A stretch of DNA of 64,000 bases from Acidobacteriota bacterium (GTDB lineage: Bacteria; Acidobacteriota; Vicinamibacteria; Vicinamibacterales; UBA2999): contig JANLWW010000144.1 in the NCBI GenBank assembly GCA_031364805.1, positions 1,964 through 65,963 of the forward strand, in the 5' to 3' direction. The notes under the pieces are model-generated. The model was not told the DNA's origin. It worked only from the letters and a program-made list of their open reading frames with translations, and did not search any database. The position numbers were made by a program, and so were the translations under genes. Positions 42,669 through 51,670 of this stretch are shown here, piece by piece (within the stretch, counting starts at the first letter, position 1; each line of letters begins with the position of its first letter).

Positions 42669-43061
42669 TTAACGCTTGCTGAACTGGAATCGCTTACGGG
42701 CGCCGGCCATCCCGTATTTCTTGCGCTCTTTCGCGCGCGCGTCGCGCGTGAGCAGGCCGTCTTTCTTGAGCTTCGGTCGCAGTTCGAGATTGAACTCGCA
42801 CAGTGCGCGGGAGATGCCGAGGCGAATGGCGCCGGCCTGTCCGGTCATGCCGCCACCCGAGACGGTGGCCAGGATGTCGAACTGTTCAGCGGTCTCCGTG
42901 AGGATGAGCGGGGACTTCACCAGGATGCGGAGCGTTTCTCGCGGGAAGAACTCGACGAACTCACGCTTGTTGACCTTGATGGCGCCGGTGCCGGGACGAA
43001 GGAACACGCGAGCGGTAGATTCCTTGCGACGGCCGGTTGCGTAGTATTCAGTGGCTGCCAA
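42669..43061 (-). CDS. rpsI: 30S ribosomal protein S9
   Basis: [14 protein letters not shown].. and the C-terminal [24 protein letters not shown] 43061 lies 1 nt after the rplM stop. Confidence 0.95.
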   Translation of the reverse strand: MAATEYYATGRRKESTARVFLRPGTGAIKVNKREFVEFFPRETLRILVKSPLILTETAEQFDILATVSGGGMTGQAGAIRLGISRALCEFNLELRPKLKKDGLLTRDARAKERKKYGMAGARKRFQFSKR

Positions 43062-43062
43062 G

Positions 43063-43494
43063 TTATGCGACCTCGAAAGCGGTGGGTTTCTGGGCGGCGT
43101 GCGGGTGCTTGTCACCGGCATACACATTCAACTTGCGATACATGGCATCGCCGAGTTTCGACTTCGGCAACATGCCGCGCACGGCTTCTTCCACCATGCG
43201 CATCGGATTCTCGGCGCGAACGACCTTGGCGCGATCGGTGCGCAGCCCGCCGGGGTAGCCGCTGTGGCGCTGGTAGACCTTCTGCTCGTCCTTGCGGCCG
43301 GTCAGCTTGACCTTGTCAACGTTGACGATCACGACGTGATCGCCGGTGTCAAGGTACGGCGTGTAAATGGCTTTGTGCTTGCCCTGGAGCAACTTGGCGG
43401 CGTCGGTGGCGATCCGGCCGAGGACCTTGCCATTGGCATCAATCACATGCCACTTGATGGGCATGGTCTTCACTGATGGTACGTAAGTCTGCAT
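43063..43494 (-). CDS. rplM: 50S ribosomal protein L13
   Basis: [14 protein letters not shown]...A..L.GKHK..YTP is canonical L13. Confidence 0.97.
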   Translation of the reverse strand: MQTYVPSVKTMPIKWHVIDANGKVLGRIATDAAKLLQGKHKAIYTPYLDTGDHVVIVNVDKVKLTGRKDEQKVYQRHSGYPGGLRTDRAKVVRAENPMRMVEEAVRGMLPKSKLGDAMYRKLNVYAGDKHPHAAQKPTAFEVA

Positions 43495-43564
43495 CGATAT
43501 CTTCCTGGTGCGGCTTGCGAATCAAGCATTCTCTCCGGCCCCAAGTGGGTGACGGCAAACCGAG

Positions 43565-43593
43565 ATAATACAGGTATTTGGGCCCGAAGACAA
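43565..43593 (-). promoter_or_regulatory. Candidate sigma-70-type promoter for rplM (TTGTCT-N17-TATTAT)
   Basis: On the minus strand, TTGTCT is at 43593..43588 and TATTAT at 43570..43565 with 17-nt spacing, about 70 nt upstream of the rplM ATG. Confidence 0.35.
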
Positions 43594-43854
43594 GGCGCTG
43601 CGCACTTTTGAGTGCCCTCGGCCCTGTCGTCTCACTGACCAGGTTCCGATATGTTCGGGTGGCACTGACGGATTTGGCACTCTCAAACACATACAAAAAC
43701 CGTAAGTCGATTGCAATATCGTATGTTGGCCTGATCCCCTAACGACGACTTGAATGTCTATTTTCGCAGTTCTAGGCCGATTTTGTTGAATTAGTAGCGC
43801 TTGAGCCAGATGGTATTCAGTTTGCCACTTGGCTGTATCTGGAGACACCGTAAC

Positions 43855-44919
43855 GTGCTATTCCGTCGACCAAAAAGTCTGGTAGGCCTCGACATCGGGT
43901 CGAGCTCTGTCAAGGCCATCGAACTGAAAGCGTCAGGCAAGGGCTACCGGGTCTCGGCCATCGGGGTCGAGTCGGTTCCTCCCGACAGTATTGTTGACGG
44001 CGCCATCATCGACGGTGGCGCGGTCGCCGATGCCGTGCGCCGCCTGTTTGCCAACAAGCGATTCAAGGCCAAGGACATCGTCGCGTCACTGTCAGGCAAC
44101 TCGGTGATCGTCAAGAAGATCACCCTGCCGGCAATGACCGAGTCCGAATTGTCGGAGTCGATCTACTGGGAAGCCGAGCAGTACATCCCCTTCGACATCC
44201 AGGACGTGAACCTCGACTACGAGATTCTCGACCCCGGGACTGGCCAAGACAGCCAGGGCAGCATGGAAGTGCTGCTGGTGGCCGCCAAGAAGGACAAGAT
44301 CACCGACTACACCAGCGTCATCACCCAGGCTGGCAGGACACCGGTCATTGTCGATGTCGACGTGTTCGCGCTGCAGAACGCGTTCGAGGCCAACTACGGC
44401 TTCGAGCCCACCGCGGTGGTCGCCATCCTGAACGCCGGTGCCAGTGCCATCAACATCAACATCCTGACCGGATCGCAGTCGGTGTTCACCCGTGACGTCT
44501 CGATCGGCGGCAACGCGTTCACCGAAGCAGTGCAGAAGGAACTGAACCTGCCCTACGAGGCGGCGGAAATGCTGAAGAAGGGGCAGGACGTCGATGGCGC
44601 CACCTTCGACGACGCCCGCGCGGTGCTGCGCGCGATGACCGACAACGTGTTGCTCGAGGTCGAGAAGACGTTCGACTTCTTCAAGGCGACAGCGGCCAGC
44701 GATCGCATCGATCGCATCATGCTGTGCGGCGGCGCGTCGCGGGTCGACGGCTTCGCGGAGTCGCTGCGTGAGCGCTTCAACACCGAAGTCGAGCGTTTCG
44801 ATCCGTTCCGCCAGGTGGCCTGCGATCCCAAGAAACTCGGAATTGAGAGCGCCGAGGAGCTCGCGCCGGTCGCCGCCGTGGCTATGGGCCTCGCGCTCCG
44901 AAAGGTTGCTGACCGATGA
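43855..44919 (+). CDS. pilM: Type IV pilus assembly protein PilM
   Basis: Actin-like ATPase fold; SLVGLDIGSSSVKAIEL. GTG 43855 fits the family N-terminus; TTG 43801 and ATG 43810 are alternatives. Confidence 0.9.
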   Translation: MLFRRPKSLVGLDIGSSSVKAIELKASGKGYRVSAIGVESVPPDSIVDGAIIDGGAVADAVRRLFANKRFKAKDIVASLSGNSVIVKKITLPAMTESELSESIYWEAEQYIPFDIQDVNLDYEILDPGTGQDSQGSMEVLLVAAKKDKITDYTSVITQAGRTPVIVDVDVFALQNAFEANYGFEPTAVVAILNAGASAININILTGSQSVFTRDVSIGGNAFTEAVQKELNLPYEAAEMLKKGQDVDGATFDDARAVLRAMTDNVLLEVEKTFDFFKATAASDRIDRIMLCGGASRVDGFAESLRERFNTEVERFDPFRQVACDPKKLGIESAEELAPVAAVAMGLALRKVADR

Positions 44920-45533
44920 TTCGGATCAACCTCCTCAGCGAACGCCGCAGCGTCAAGGCCGTCAGCAAGGGATTCCAGGCAGGACAAAAGATCACCGTGA
45001 TCGGCAGCTTGCTGCTGATACTGACACTGGTCGGCGTCGGCTGGCGTTACTGGGCGGTTGGCCAGCAAGAAGCCCAGGTCGCGCGCGAGATTGTCGCGGC
45101 CCAGCGCGAAGAGCTGCGACTCGCAGAGATCCTGAAGCAAGTGGCGGAGTTTGAAGCGCGCAAGCAGAAACTGGAACAGCGCGTGGCCCTGATCGATGAA
45201 CTGCGCAAGGGCCAGAACGCTCCCGTTCACATGATCGACCAGATCAGCCGTGCGCTGCCAGACATGACGTGGCTCACTGACGTCAAGCAGGATGGCTACA
45301 CGCTGACAGTCCAGGGTCGCTGCCTGACCTTGACGTCGTTGTCGGATTTCGTCGGCAACCTCGAGGCGTCCCGCTACTTCATGCGGCCGGTCGAGATCGT
45401 AGACAGCGTCGTGGTCAGTGGCGATGGCAAGACGCCCGACCTCATTCAGTTCACGATTCGTGGCACGTTCCAGATGGCAGGCATGGCTCCGCCCGCGCCT
45501 GTGACCACCAAGAAGGGAGGGCGGCGTGGCTAG
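44916..45533 (+). CDS. pilN: Type IV pilus assembly protein PilN
   Basis: MIRINLL..R N-terminus, a single TM helix and a coiled coil. ATGA overlap with pilM. Confidence 0.85.
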   Translation: MIRINLLSERRSVKAVSKGFQAGQKITVIGSLLLILTLVGVGWRYWAVGQQEAQVAREIVAAQREELRLAEILKQVAEFEARKQKLEQRVALIDELRKGQNAPVHMIDQISRALPDMTWLTDVKQDGYTLTVQGRCLTLTSLSDFVGNLEASRYFMRPVEIVDSVVVSGDGKTPDLIQFTIRGTFQMAGMAPPAPVTTKKGGRRG

Positions 45534-46155
45534 TTTCTCCCTTGGCAAGTTGCAGTGGCAGGCGCAGCTCGGCATGTTCCTGGCGCTGTCGCTGGCTGGC
45601 GCCGGCGCGTTCTATTACTTCTATGAAATGCCGCGGCAGGTGGTGATCGAGAGCAAGGCGCGCGAGCTGAGCACGATTCGTGGCCGCATCAGCAAGGGTC
45701 AGGCAACCGCTCGTCAGTTGCCGGAATTCCGCGCGCAGGTAACCGAACTCGAGGCCCGCCTCGAGAGTCTCAAGCCGATCCTGCCAGACGAGCGCGACGC
45801 CGGCGACTTGCTGCGCCGCGTCCAGACGCTGGCCGTGCAGTCGAATCTGGTGATCCGGGGCTTCCGGCCCCAGGCAATCAGCATGAAGGAAATGCACGCC
45901 GAGTGGCCGATCAGCCTGCAGCTCGAAGGCAATTACCACAACCTGGGCCTGTTCCTCGATCGCGTCAGCAAGTTCCCGCGCATCATCAACATCGGCGCGT
46001 TGACGCTCGCACAGAAAGACACGCCCACGGCCGCCGCCACCATGACCATCACTTGCACGGCGACCACGTTCGTGCTGGTGGAGCAGACGGCGGCCGAGGT
46101 CGATACCAAGAAGGGCAAGAAGGCCGCCGCCAAGAAAGCGCCGGCCAAGTCGTGA
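45526..46155 (+). CDS. pilO: Type IV pilus assembly protein PilO
   Basis: TM helix, coiled coil and ferredoxin-like C-terminus (..ILPDERDAGDLLRRVQ.., NYHNLGLFLDRVSKFPRIINI). Confidence 0.85.
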   Translation: MASFSLGKLQWQAQLGMFLALSLAGAGAFYYFYEMPRQVVIESKARELSTIRGRISKGQATARQLPEFRAQVTELEARLESLKPILPDERDAGDLLRRVQTLAVQSNLVIRGFRPQAISMKEMHAEWPISLQLEGNYHNLGLFLDRVSKFPRIINIGALTLAQKDTPTAAATMTITCTATTFVLVEQTAAEVDTKKGKKAAAKKAPAKS

Positions 46156-46655
46156 TGCGCATCATTCAACGCGTGATCGTCATTCTGCTGGCAGGCGCCG
46201 GGGCCGCGGTCCACGCCCAGGCCCCTGCGGCACCCGCGACGCCGCCGGCCACACCGGCCGCCGCGCCGAAGCCGGCCTTGCCGTCGCCGCCCCCGAACTT
46301 TCAGTACAGCCCCGAGGGACGGCGCGATCCGTTTCTGGACCTGGTGAATCGCGGCACCGATGCGGTGCGCGGCACCAGTGCCTCGGCCAAGCGTCCCGAG
46401 GGTGTGCCCGGCCTCGAGACCAACGGCCTGGTGGTGCGGGGCATCGTGCAGAGCCGTGGGGCGTGGCTGGCGATGGTCTCGGGCCCCGACGGCAAGGTCT
46501 TCACGGTTCGATCTGGCGACAAGTTGTTCGACGGCGTCATTCGTACGATTACGGCGCAAGCAGTAGTGATTTTTCAGGAAGTTAATGATCCGCTGTCGCT
46601 CGAAAAACAGCGCGAAGTGCGCAAGTTTCTGCGCGGTGGAGAAGAGGTCAAGTGA
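46155..46655 (+). CDS. pilP: PilP-like pilus assembly protein
   Basis: Signal peptide, Pro/Ala-rich linker, YSPEGRRDPF motif and a beta domain, in the position between pilO and pilQ. Confidence 0.65.
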   Translation: MRIIQRVIVILLAGAGAAVHAQAPAAPATPPATPAAAPKPALPSPPPNFQYSPEGRRDPFLDLVNRGTDAVRGTSASAKRPEGVPGLETNGLVVRGIVQSRGAWLAMVSGPDGKVFTVRSGDKLFDGVIRTITAQAVVIFQEVNDPLSLEKQREVRKFLRGGEEVK

Positions 46656-48961
46656 TGCACGGTCGCATTCCTCGACTGGTATTGGCTGCGCCATTGGTCG
46701 CAGCCCTGGCCGTCACGTTGACGGCCAGCGGACCGGTTTCGCGTAGCGAAACCGGCGCCGACACCCCAGCCCTACGTTCCATTTCGTCTCGGCTCAACGG
46801 CACGGTCAGCACGGTGCTGATTGAGGCCAGCGAGCCGGTGGCATATCTCACCAGCCAGCCCGATCCGCTGACGGTCCTCGTCGATTTGAGGAACGTCAAC
46901 GCCGGTGGCTTGGACGGCAAACCGGTGACCGCCATGCCGGCCCCGGTGGCCGGGGTGGCGATTGAAGGTGCCCATGCGCCCGATGGCTCGCCGGTAGCGC
47001 GAGTCCGCGTTCGCCTCGATCGCGCCGCCAAGCACCGTGTGCGCAGCTCGCGGAACACGATCCTGGTGGAGGTCGAGCGGCCAGCGGACGCACCCGGTGC
47101 AGCCAGGGCCGTAATCGTGCCCTTGCTCGCGCCGCAAGCGCCCACCTTTGGCGCGGTGACGATGGCTGCGCCGGCCGCCGAAGCGCGCGAGACCGCGACC
47201 CGCGTCGTCGCCACCGAATTGCGGTCTGTCACGACCGGTGAGATGCCGAGTGGCTTTGCCGTCACGCTGACAGGTAACGGCACGCTAGTCGCCTCGTCCG
47301 TTGAAGACGCGCGTGACCTGCCGGCGCGAGTCCTGCTGGACTTCCAGGGGGTCGCCGCCGGGCGCGTGGCTGCCGTCACCACCGTCAATGCCGCCGGCAT
47401 CGAACGGGTCCGCGTCGCCACCAACAGCCGCGAGCCACTGATCACCCGCGTGGTGATCGACCTGGTGCGCAAGCTGCCCTACACGATTGAGACAGTTGGA
47501 GAGGAAATTCGCGTTCTGTTCAATCGCGCGGTCGAGTCTTCCGTGGCAACGGCTGCGGTGCCTGCGCCCGCCGTCGCCGCACGTCCGCCAGCACCGGTCA
47601 TCACTCGCGAAGTGGCCGACGTGATTCAGCCTGCCGTGTCGCGAAGCCAACCGCCCCTGACGGTGCTCGCGGCAACCGCGCCGCCGGCGGCTGCCGCTCA
47701 GGCCGCGACCGCGATCAACGTCCTGCAGCAGGGCACCTCGCAAGCGCCGCGCGCGTTCACCGGCGACCCCATTACCCTGGACTTCCAGGGCGCCGATCTG
47801 CGCGCTGTGTTGCGCACGTTCGCCGACATCAGCGGGCTCAACATCGTGATCGACCCGGCCATCCAGGGCACGGTCGACGTCGCGTTGCGCGACGTGCCGT
47901 GGGACCAGGCACTCGACATCATCCTTCGCGCCAACAAACTCGGCTACAGCGTGGACGGCACCATCGTTCGCATCGTGCCGATGAATGTGCTGGCCCAGGA
48001 AAGTGAAGACCGCAAGAAGCTGTCGGATGCCAACGCCCTGGCCGGCGAACTGCGCATCATCACGCGGCCACTGAGCTACGCCAAGGCGGCCGACCTGGTG
48101 CCGATCATTACCAAGAGCTCGTTGTCCCCGCGCGGCGATGTGCAGATTGACGTCCGCACCAACACGCTGATCATCCGCGACCTGGCCGACCGGCTGCAGG
48201 CCGCCAGCGATTTAGTGGTCGCACTCGACCGGCCCCAGCCGCAGGTGGAAATCGAGGCCCGCATCATCACGATCAATCGCAACTTTGCGAAGCAGCTCGG
48301 GATTCAGTGGGGCTTCAATGGCCGCGTCGATCCGTCGGTGGGCACCAGCACTGGACTGGCCTTTCCGAGCAGCGGCGTCGTGACTGGCGGCACCGGCAGC
48401 GTCAATCTCGCGGCGCCGTCCGCTCTCGGCCTCGCGCTGGGCTCGATCAACGGCGCGCTCAACCTTGACGTCGCCCTGCGCGCGCTCGAAACCTCGGGCA
48501 AGGTTCGCATTGTCTCGAGCCCGCGGGTGTCGACGCAAAACAACGTCGAGGCCGAAATCACTCAGGGCTCTCAGATCCCGATTCAGACCGTGTCGAACAA
48601 CACGGTGACGGTGACGTTCAAGGACGCCGCGCTCACTCTGAAAGTCACACCGCAGATCACGGCCTCAAACACCGTGATCATGCGAATCTTCGTGGAGAAG
48701 GCCCAGGCCAATTACGAACAGACGTCGGCGGCTCAGCCGATTCCCGCAATCGACACTCAGCGGGCGGTGACATCTGTTTTAGTGCCTGACGGAGACACCA
48801 CTGTGATCGCAGGTATTTACAACAGTTCTGAATTCTCAACCACCGAACGCACGCCCCTGTTGCACCGCGTCCCGCTGCTCGGCTGGTTGTTCAAGAACGA
48901 CACGAACAACGAGAGCCAGGACGAGCTCCTGATCTTCATCACCCCCAAGATCCTGAAGTAG
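46652..48961 (+). CDS. pilQ: Type IV pilus secretin PilQ (AMIN domains plus secretin)
   Basis: Two AMIN-like N-terminal repeats (..TVLIEASEPVAYL..DPLTVLVDLRNV.., ..RVVIDLVRKLPYT..), N0/N1 domains (ITLDFQGADLRAVLRTFADISGLNIV), and a secretin C-terminus (VPLLGWLFKN). Confidence 0.9.
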   Translation: MMHGRIPRLVLAAPLVAALAVTLTASGPVSRSETGADTPALRSISSRLNGTVSTVLIEASEPVAYLTSQPDPLTVLVDLRNVNAGGLDGKPVTAMPAPVAGVAIEGAHAPDGSPVARVRVRLDRAAKHRVRSSRNTILVEVERPADAPGAARAVIVPLLAPQAPTFGAVTMAAPAAEARETATRVVATELRSVTTGEMPSGFAVTLTGNGTLVASSVEDARDLPARVLLDFQGVAAGRVAAVTTVNAAGIERVRVATNSREPLITRVVIDLVRKLPYTIETVGEEIRVLFNRAVESSVATAAVPAPAVAARPPAPVITREVADVIQPAVSRSQPPLTVLAATAPPAAAAQAATAINVLQQGTSQAPRAFTGDPITLDFQGADLRAVLRTFADISGLNIVIDPAIQGTVDVALRDVPWDQALDIILRANKLGYSVDGTIVRIVPMNVLAQESEDRKKLSDANALAGELRIITRPLSYAKAADLVPIITKSSLSPRGDVQIDVRTNTLIIRDLADRLQAASDLVVALDRPQPQVEIEARIITINRNFAKQLGIQWGFNGRVDPSVGTSTGLAFPSSGVVTGGTGSVNLAAPSALGLALGSINGALNLDVALRALETSGKVRIVSSPRVSTQNNVEAEITQGSQIPIQTVSNNTVTVTFKDAALTLKVTPQITASNTVIMRIFVEKAQANYEQTSAAQPIPAIDTQRAVTSVLVPDGDTTVIAGIYNSSEFSTTERTPLLHRVPLLGWLFKNDTNNESQDELLIFITPKILK

Positions 48962-48966
48962 GGCAT

Positions 48967-49608
48967 ATGAGCACACCGAACCTTAGTCGTTCCGCTAAAG
49001 GCTTGCTGGCCGCCGCCGTGTGCGGGCTGTCAATGACATCCTGCGCCGACCTGGCACGCACGGGCTCCGGGCCTGCCTACTTGATCATGGAAAGCGTCAC
49101 GGCCTCCAAGGGAGGCGGCAGCGCGGGGGCGTTCACGTCCAGCCTGTTGTCGGACGTGCAGACGATCGTCGATGTCACGGTTGGCACCACGACGGTGCCA
49201 ACGGCCATGGTCTTCAACGACAACGGCCGAGCCGTCATTCGCGCGGAAATGAAGAACTCGTTGAGCTCGACAGCGCCGACGGCCATCAGCTCCATCACAC
49301 TCAACCGGTATCGGGTTCGCTTTCGCCGGACCGACGGCCGGAACACCGAAGGCGTCGACGTGCCGTATGGATTCGATGGCGGCACGACCGTCACAATTCC
49401 GGCAGGGTCGAGCGCACAGGTGAACTTTGATTTGGTGCGCCACCAAGCCAAGCTCGAGCGTCCCCTGATCACCATGGCAGGCGGCCGTGGCCTCATCTTC
49501 CTCACCACGATCGCGGAAGTCACGTTTTACGGTCGTGACCAGGCGGGGAACGAAGTGTCGATCACCGGCAGCATCGACGTACAGTTCGGCGATTATGGCG
49601 ACGAATAA
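48967..49608 (+). CDS. Hypothetical lipoprotein (beta-rich)
   Basis: Signal peptide with lipobox LSMTS-C, followed by a Ser/Thr/Val-rich beta-type sequence. No assignable family. Confidence 0.6.
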   Translation: MSTPNLSRSAKGLLAAAVCGLSMTSCADLARTGSGPAYLIMESVTASKGGGSAGAFTSSLLSDVQTIVDVTVGTTTVPTAMVFNDNGRAVIRAEMKNSLSSTAPTAISSITLNRYRVRFRRTDGRNTEGVDVPYGFDGGTTVTIPAGSSAQVNFDLVRHQAKLERPLITMAGGRGLIFLTTIAEVTFYGRDQAGNEVSITGSIDVQFGDYGDE

Positions 49609-49624
49609 CGCAAGGTCACAACCC

Positions 49625-50890
49625 ATGAACACGCAACTAACACTCATCGCCAGCTTCGTCGGCTTGACCCTCGTTGTAGGTTGTACTAAAGAGGTCGAGA
49701 TTCCCCAGTTGGCGGGACCCTCGACACTTGCTTATTCCATCGTGCTCACCGCGAGCCCGGACACCATCTTCCAGGACGGCGTGAGCTCGACGACGATCAC
49801 CATCGATGCGCGCGACGGATCGGGCCAGGCGCTGAACGGCCGGCCGCTGCGAGCCGAGATTCTCGTCGGTGGCGTGGTTCAGGACTTCGGCGTCCTGAGC
49901 ACGAAGGCGCCGCTCACGGGGTCGACATTTCGCTACACGGCCCCCCCGGCTTCGCCGTTGGCCGCGGGTCAGGTGCCGCAGACTGTTACGATCGCGGTAA
50001 CCCCGACGGACTCTGGCGACTTCCGCAGTGAGTTGAGCCGACGGGTCGACATTCGATTGGTCCCCCAAGGCGTCATCTTGCCGAGCAACCCCGGCCTGGT
50101 GCCTGCCTTCACGGTGACGCCCGCGTCGCCGCAGGCATTCTCGAGTGCCAGCTTCGACGCTTCGACCTCCACCAATGGCGGGACGGCGTGCTTGAATGCT
50201 TGCAGCTATTCATGGAATTTTGGTGACGGAACTAGTGGCTCCGGCATCACGACGACCCACGACTATCGCACCCCCGGCAGCTTTGTCGCCGTCTTGACCG
50301 TGACCGACAGCCGCGGCGCGCAGGCGACGACCGCCAAGACGGTCACGGTGTCTGCGAGCACGCCGCCGACGGCCAGCTTTACGACCTCGCCGACCAACCC
50401 CGGCACGAATCAGCCAATTTTCTTTAATGCCAGCGCTTCGCGGGCTGCGACGGGACGCACTATCGTTTCCTACAACTGGGATTTCGGCAAAGGAACGACG
50501 GGTTCTGGCGTGACGACCACCAAGTCGTACGAAACCGCTGGTACCTACATCATCACGCTCAAGGTGACCGACGATGCCGGTGCGTTCGCGACCGCTACAC
50601 AGACCATCACGGTCGGTGCCGCCAGTTCGAACCCGACAGCCGTGTTGACTTTCTCGCCGACCGCTCCGGCACGTAACACCAGCGTCTTCTTCGACGGCTC
50701 TGGGTCGAGGCCGGCGACAACAGCGATTACCGAGTACCGCTTCATCTGGGGTGATGGCACAGAGACCGTCGGAACCAGCGCCAACGCAACTCACGTCTAT
50801 TCGGTCGCAGGCACCTACGTGGTGCGCCTGACAGTGACCGACAGCGAAGGGCGGCAAGGCACCATCTCTCTCAATGTGCCGATTTCGTAG
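49625..50890 (+). CDS. Lipoprotein with a bacterial Ig-like domain and three PKD-like repeats
   Basis: MNTQLTLIASFVGLTLVVG-C lipobox; an Ig-like segment (LTASPDTIFQDGVSSTTITIDARDGSGQALNG); three repeats of the form F(D/N)(A/G)S.S...Y.W.FGDG....H.Y...G.Y.V.LTVTD..G. Confidence 0.75.
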   Translation: MNTQLTLIASFVGLTLVVGCTKEVEIPQLAGPSTLAYSIVLTASPDTIFQDGVSSTTITIDARDGSGQALNGRPLRAEILVGGVVQDFGVLSTKAPLTGSTFRYTAPPASPLAAGQVPQTVTIAVTPTDSGDFRSELSRRVDIRLVPQGVILPSNPGLVPAFTVTPASPQAFSSASFDASTSTNGGTACLNACSYSWNFGDGTSGSGITTTHDYRTPGSFVAVLTVTDSRGAQATTAKTVTVSASTPPTASFTTSPTNPGTNQPIFFNASASRAATGRTIVSYNWDFGKGTTGSGVTTTKSYETAGTYIITLKVTDDAGAFATATQTITVGAASSNPTAVLTFSPTAPARNTSVFFDGSGSRPATTAITEYRFIWGDGTETVGTSANATHVYSVAGTYVVRLTVTDSEGRQGTISLNVPIS

Positions 50891-50896
50891 TCAGCA

Positions 50897-50902
50897 TATG
50901 AT
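50897..50902 (+). promoter_or_regulatory. Candidate -10 box TATGAT, 6 nt upstream of GTG 50909
   Basis: TATGAT-CGCGGG-GTG. No Shine-Dalgarno sequence. Only 18 nt of spacer after the upstream gene. Confidence 0.3.
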
Positions 50903-50908
50903 CGCGGG

Positions 50909-51670
50909 GTGAGTGCCAACAGCCCACGAATCCTCGAACTGCGACGCCGGGTCCAGGCAGACCCGGCGTCGATCGCCTTCGCTCAGCTGGCAGAGGAGTA
51001 TCGCCGAGCAGGTGAACCCGATGAAGCCATCGGCATTTGCCGCGCCGGCCTCGCGCGTCATCCCGGTTACCTGTCGGCACGCGTCACCCTCGGTCGCGCC
51101 CTGATGGAAGTGGGGCGGCTGGATGAGGCGGCGGCCGAGCTCGCCACCGTGGTGCAACAGGCGCCCACCAACCTGTCGGCCCTCCGTGGCCTGGCCGAAA
51201 TCAACCAGCAACGGGGCGACATGGCGCAAGCGCTGGCGCACTATCAGCGCGCGCTGCAACTCGCGCAGTTCGACCCCGACCTCGAAGATTCCGTCGAGCG
51301 CCTTTCTCAGGTCGTCGCGCCCGCTCCGCCCGCGGCGGCACCTTCGGCGGTCAATATCGAAGCACTCTTTGACTTCGACTCCCTGCTGAAACAGCTTGGC
51401 GAAACGGCGCCTCTTCCCGAGCCGGCCCGACCCCAGGAGGCGCCGGTCGTCGCCGCGAGCGCAATCGACATCGTCGACCTCAATCTCCATCCACAGGATT
51501 CGTTTGCAGATGTCGAGCGCGACCTGCGCCAGCGGGCGGAGCAGCGTGCGGCCGATGACAAGGCCGCTCGAATCCAGCATGCTTCGCGGCGGCAGATGGC
51601 GATGGTGGCGGACCTGGAAGACTGGCTGAAGGCGATCGTGACCGACCGCCAAACCCCCGACCACAACTGA
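50909..51670 (+). CDS. TPR-repeat protein (cytoplasmic, no signal peptide seen)
   Basis: TPR helices (FAQLAEEYRRAGEPDEAIGICRAGLARHPGY.., LRGLAEINQQRGDMAQALAHYQRALQL), then a Pro/Ala linker and an acidic or helical tail. Confidence 0.65.
   Translation: MSANSPRILELRRRVQADPASIAFAQLAEEYRRAGEPDEAIGICRAGLARHPGYLSARVTLGRALMEVGRLDEAAAELATVVQQAPTNLSALRGLAEINQQRGDMAQALAHYQRALQLAQFDPDLEDSVERLSQVVAPAPPAAAPSAVNIEALFDFDSLLKQLGETAPLPEPARPQEAPVVAASAIDIVDLNLHPQDSFADVERDLRQRAEQRAADDKAARIQHASRRQMAMVADLEDWLKAIVTDRQTPDHN

Noticed and set aside
43650-43690. Two TGGCAC motifs (GGTGGCACTGACGGATTTGGCACTCTC) upstream of pilM, considered as a sigma-54 promoter because a sigma-54 activator is present in the window.
   Set aside because: Neither TGGCAC is followed by the required GC/TTGC element at the GG-N10-GC spacing (the downstream bases are TT and CA). 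The motif is therefore incomplete.
43495-43854. 360-bp lower-GC spacer between rplM and pilM, considered as a site for a small RNA gene (SRP RNA, 6S, RNase P) or a small ORF.
   Set aside because: I found no conserved SRP, 6S or RNase P sequence blocks by eye. The only short ORFs are 5-108 codons without signals, and the two largest overlap rplM or pilM in antisense. The spacer is best explained as two divergent promoter and leader regions. A covariance-model scan would be needed to exclude an ncRNA.
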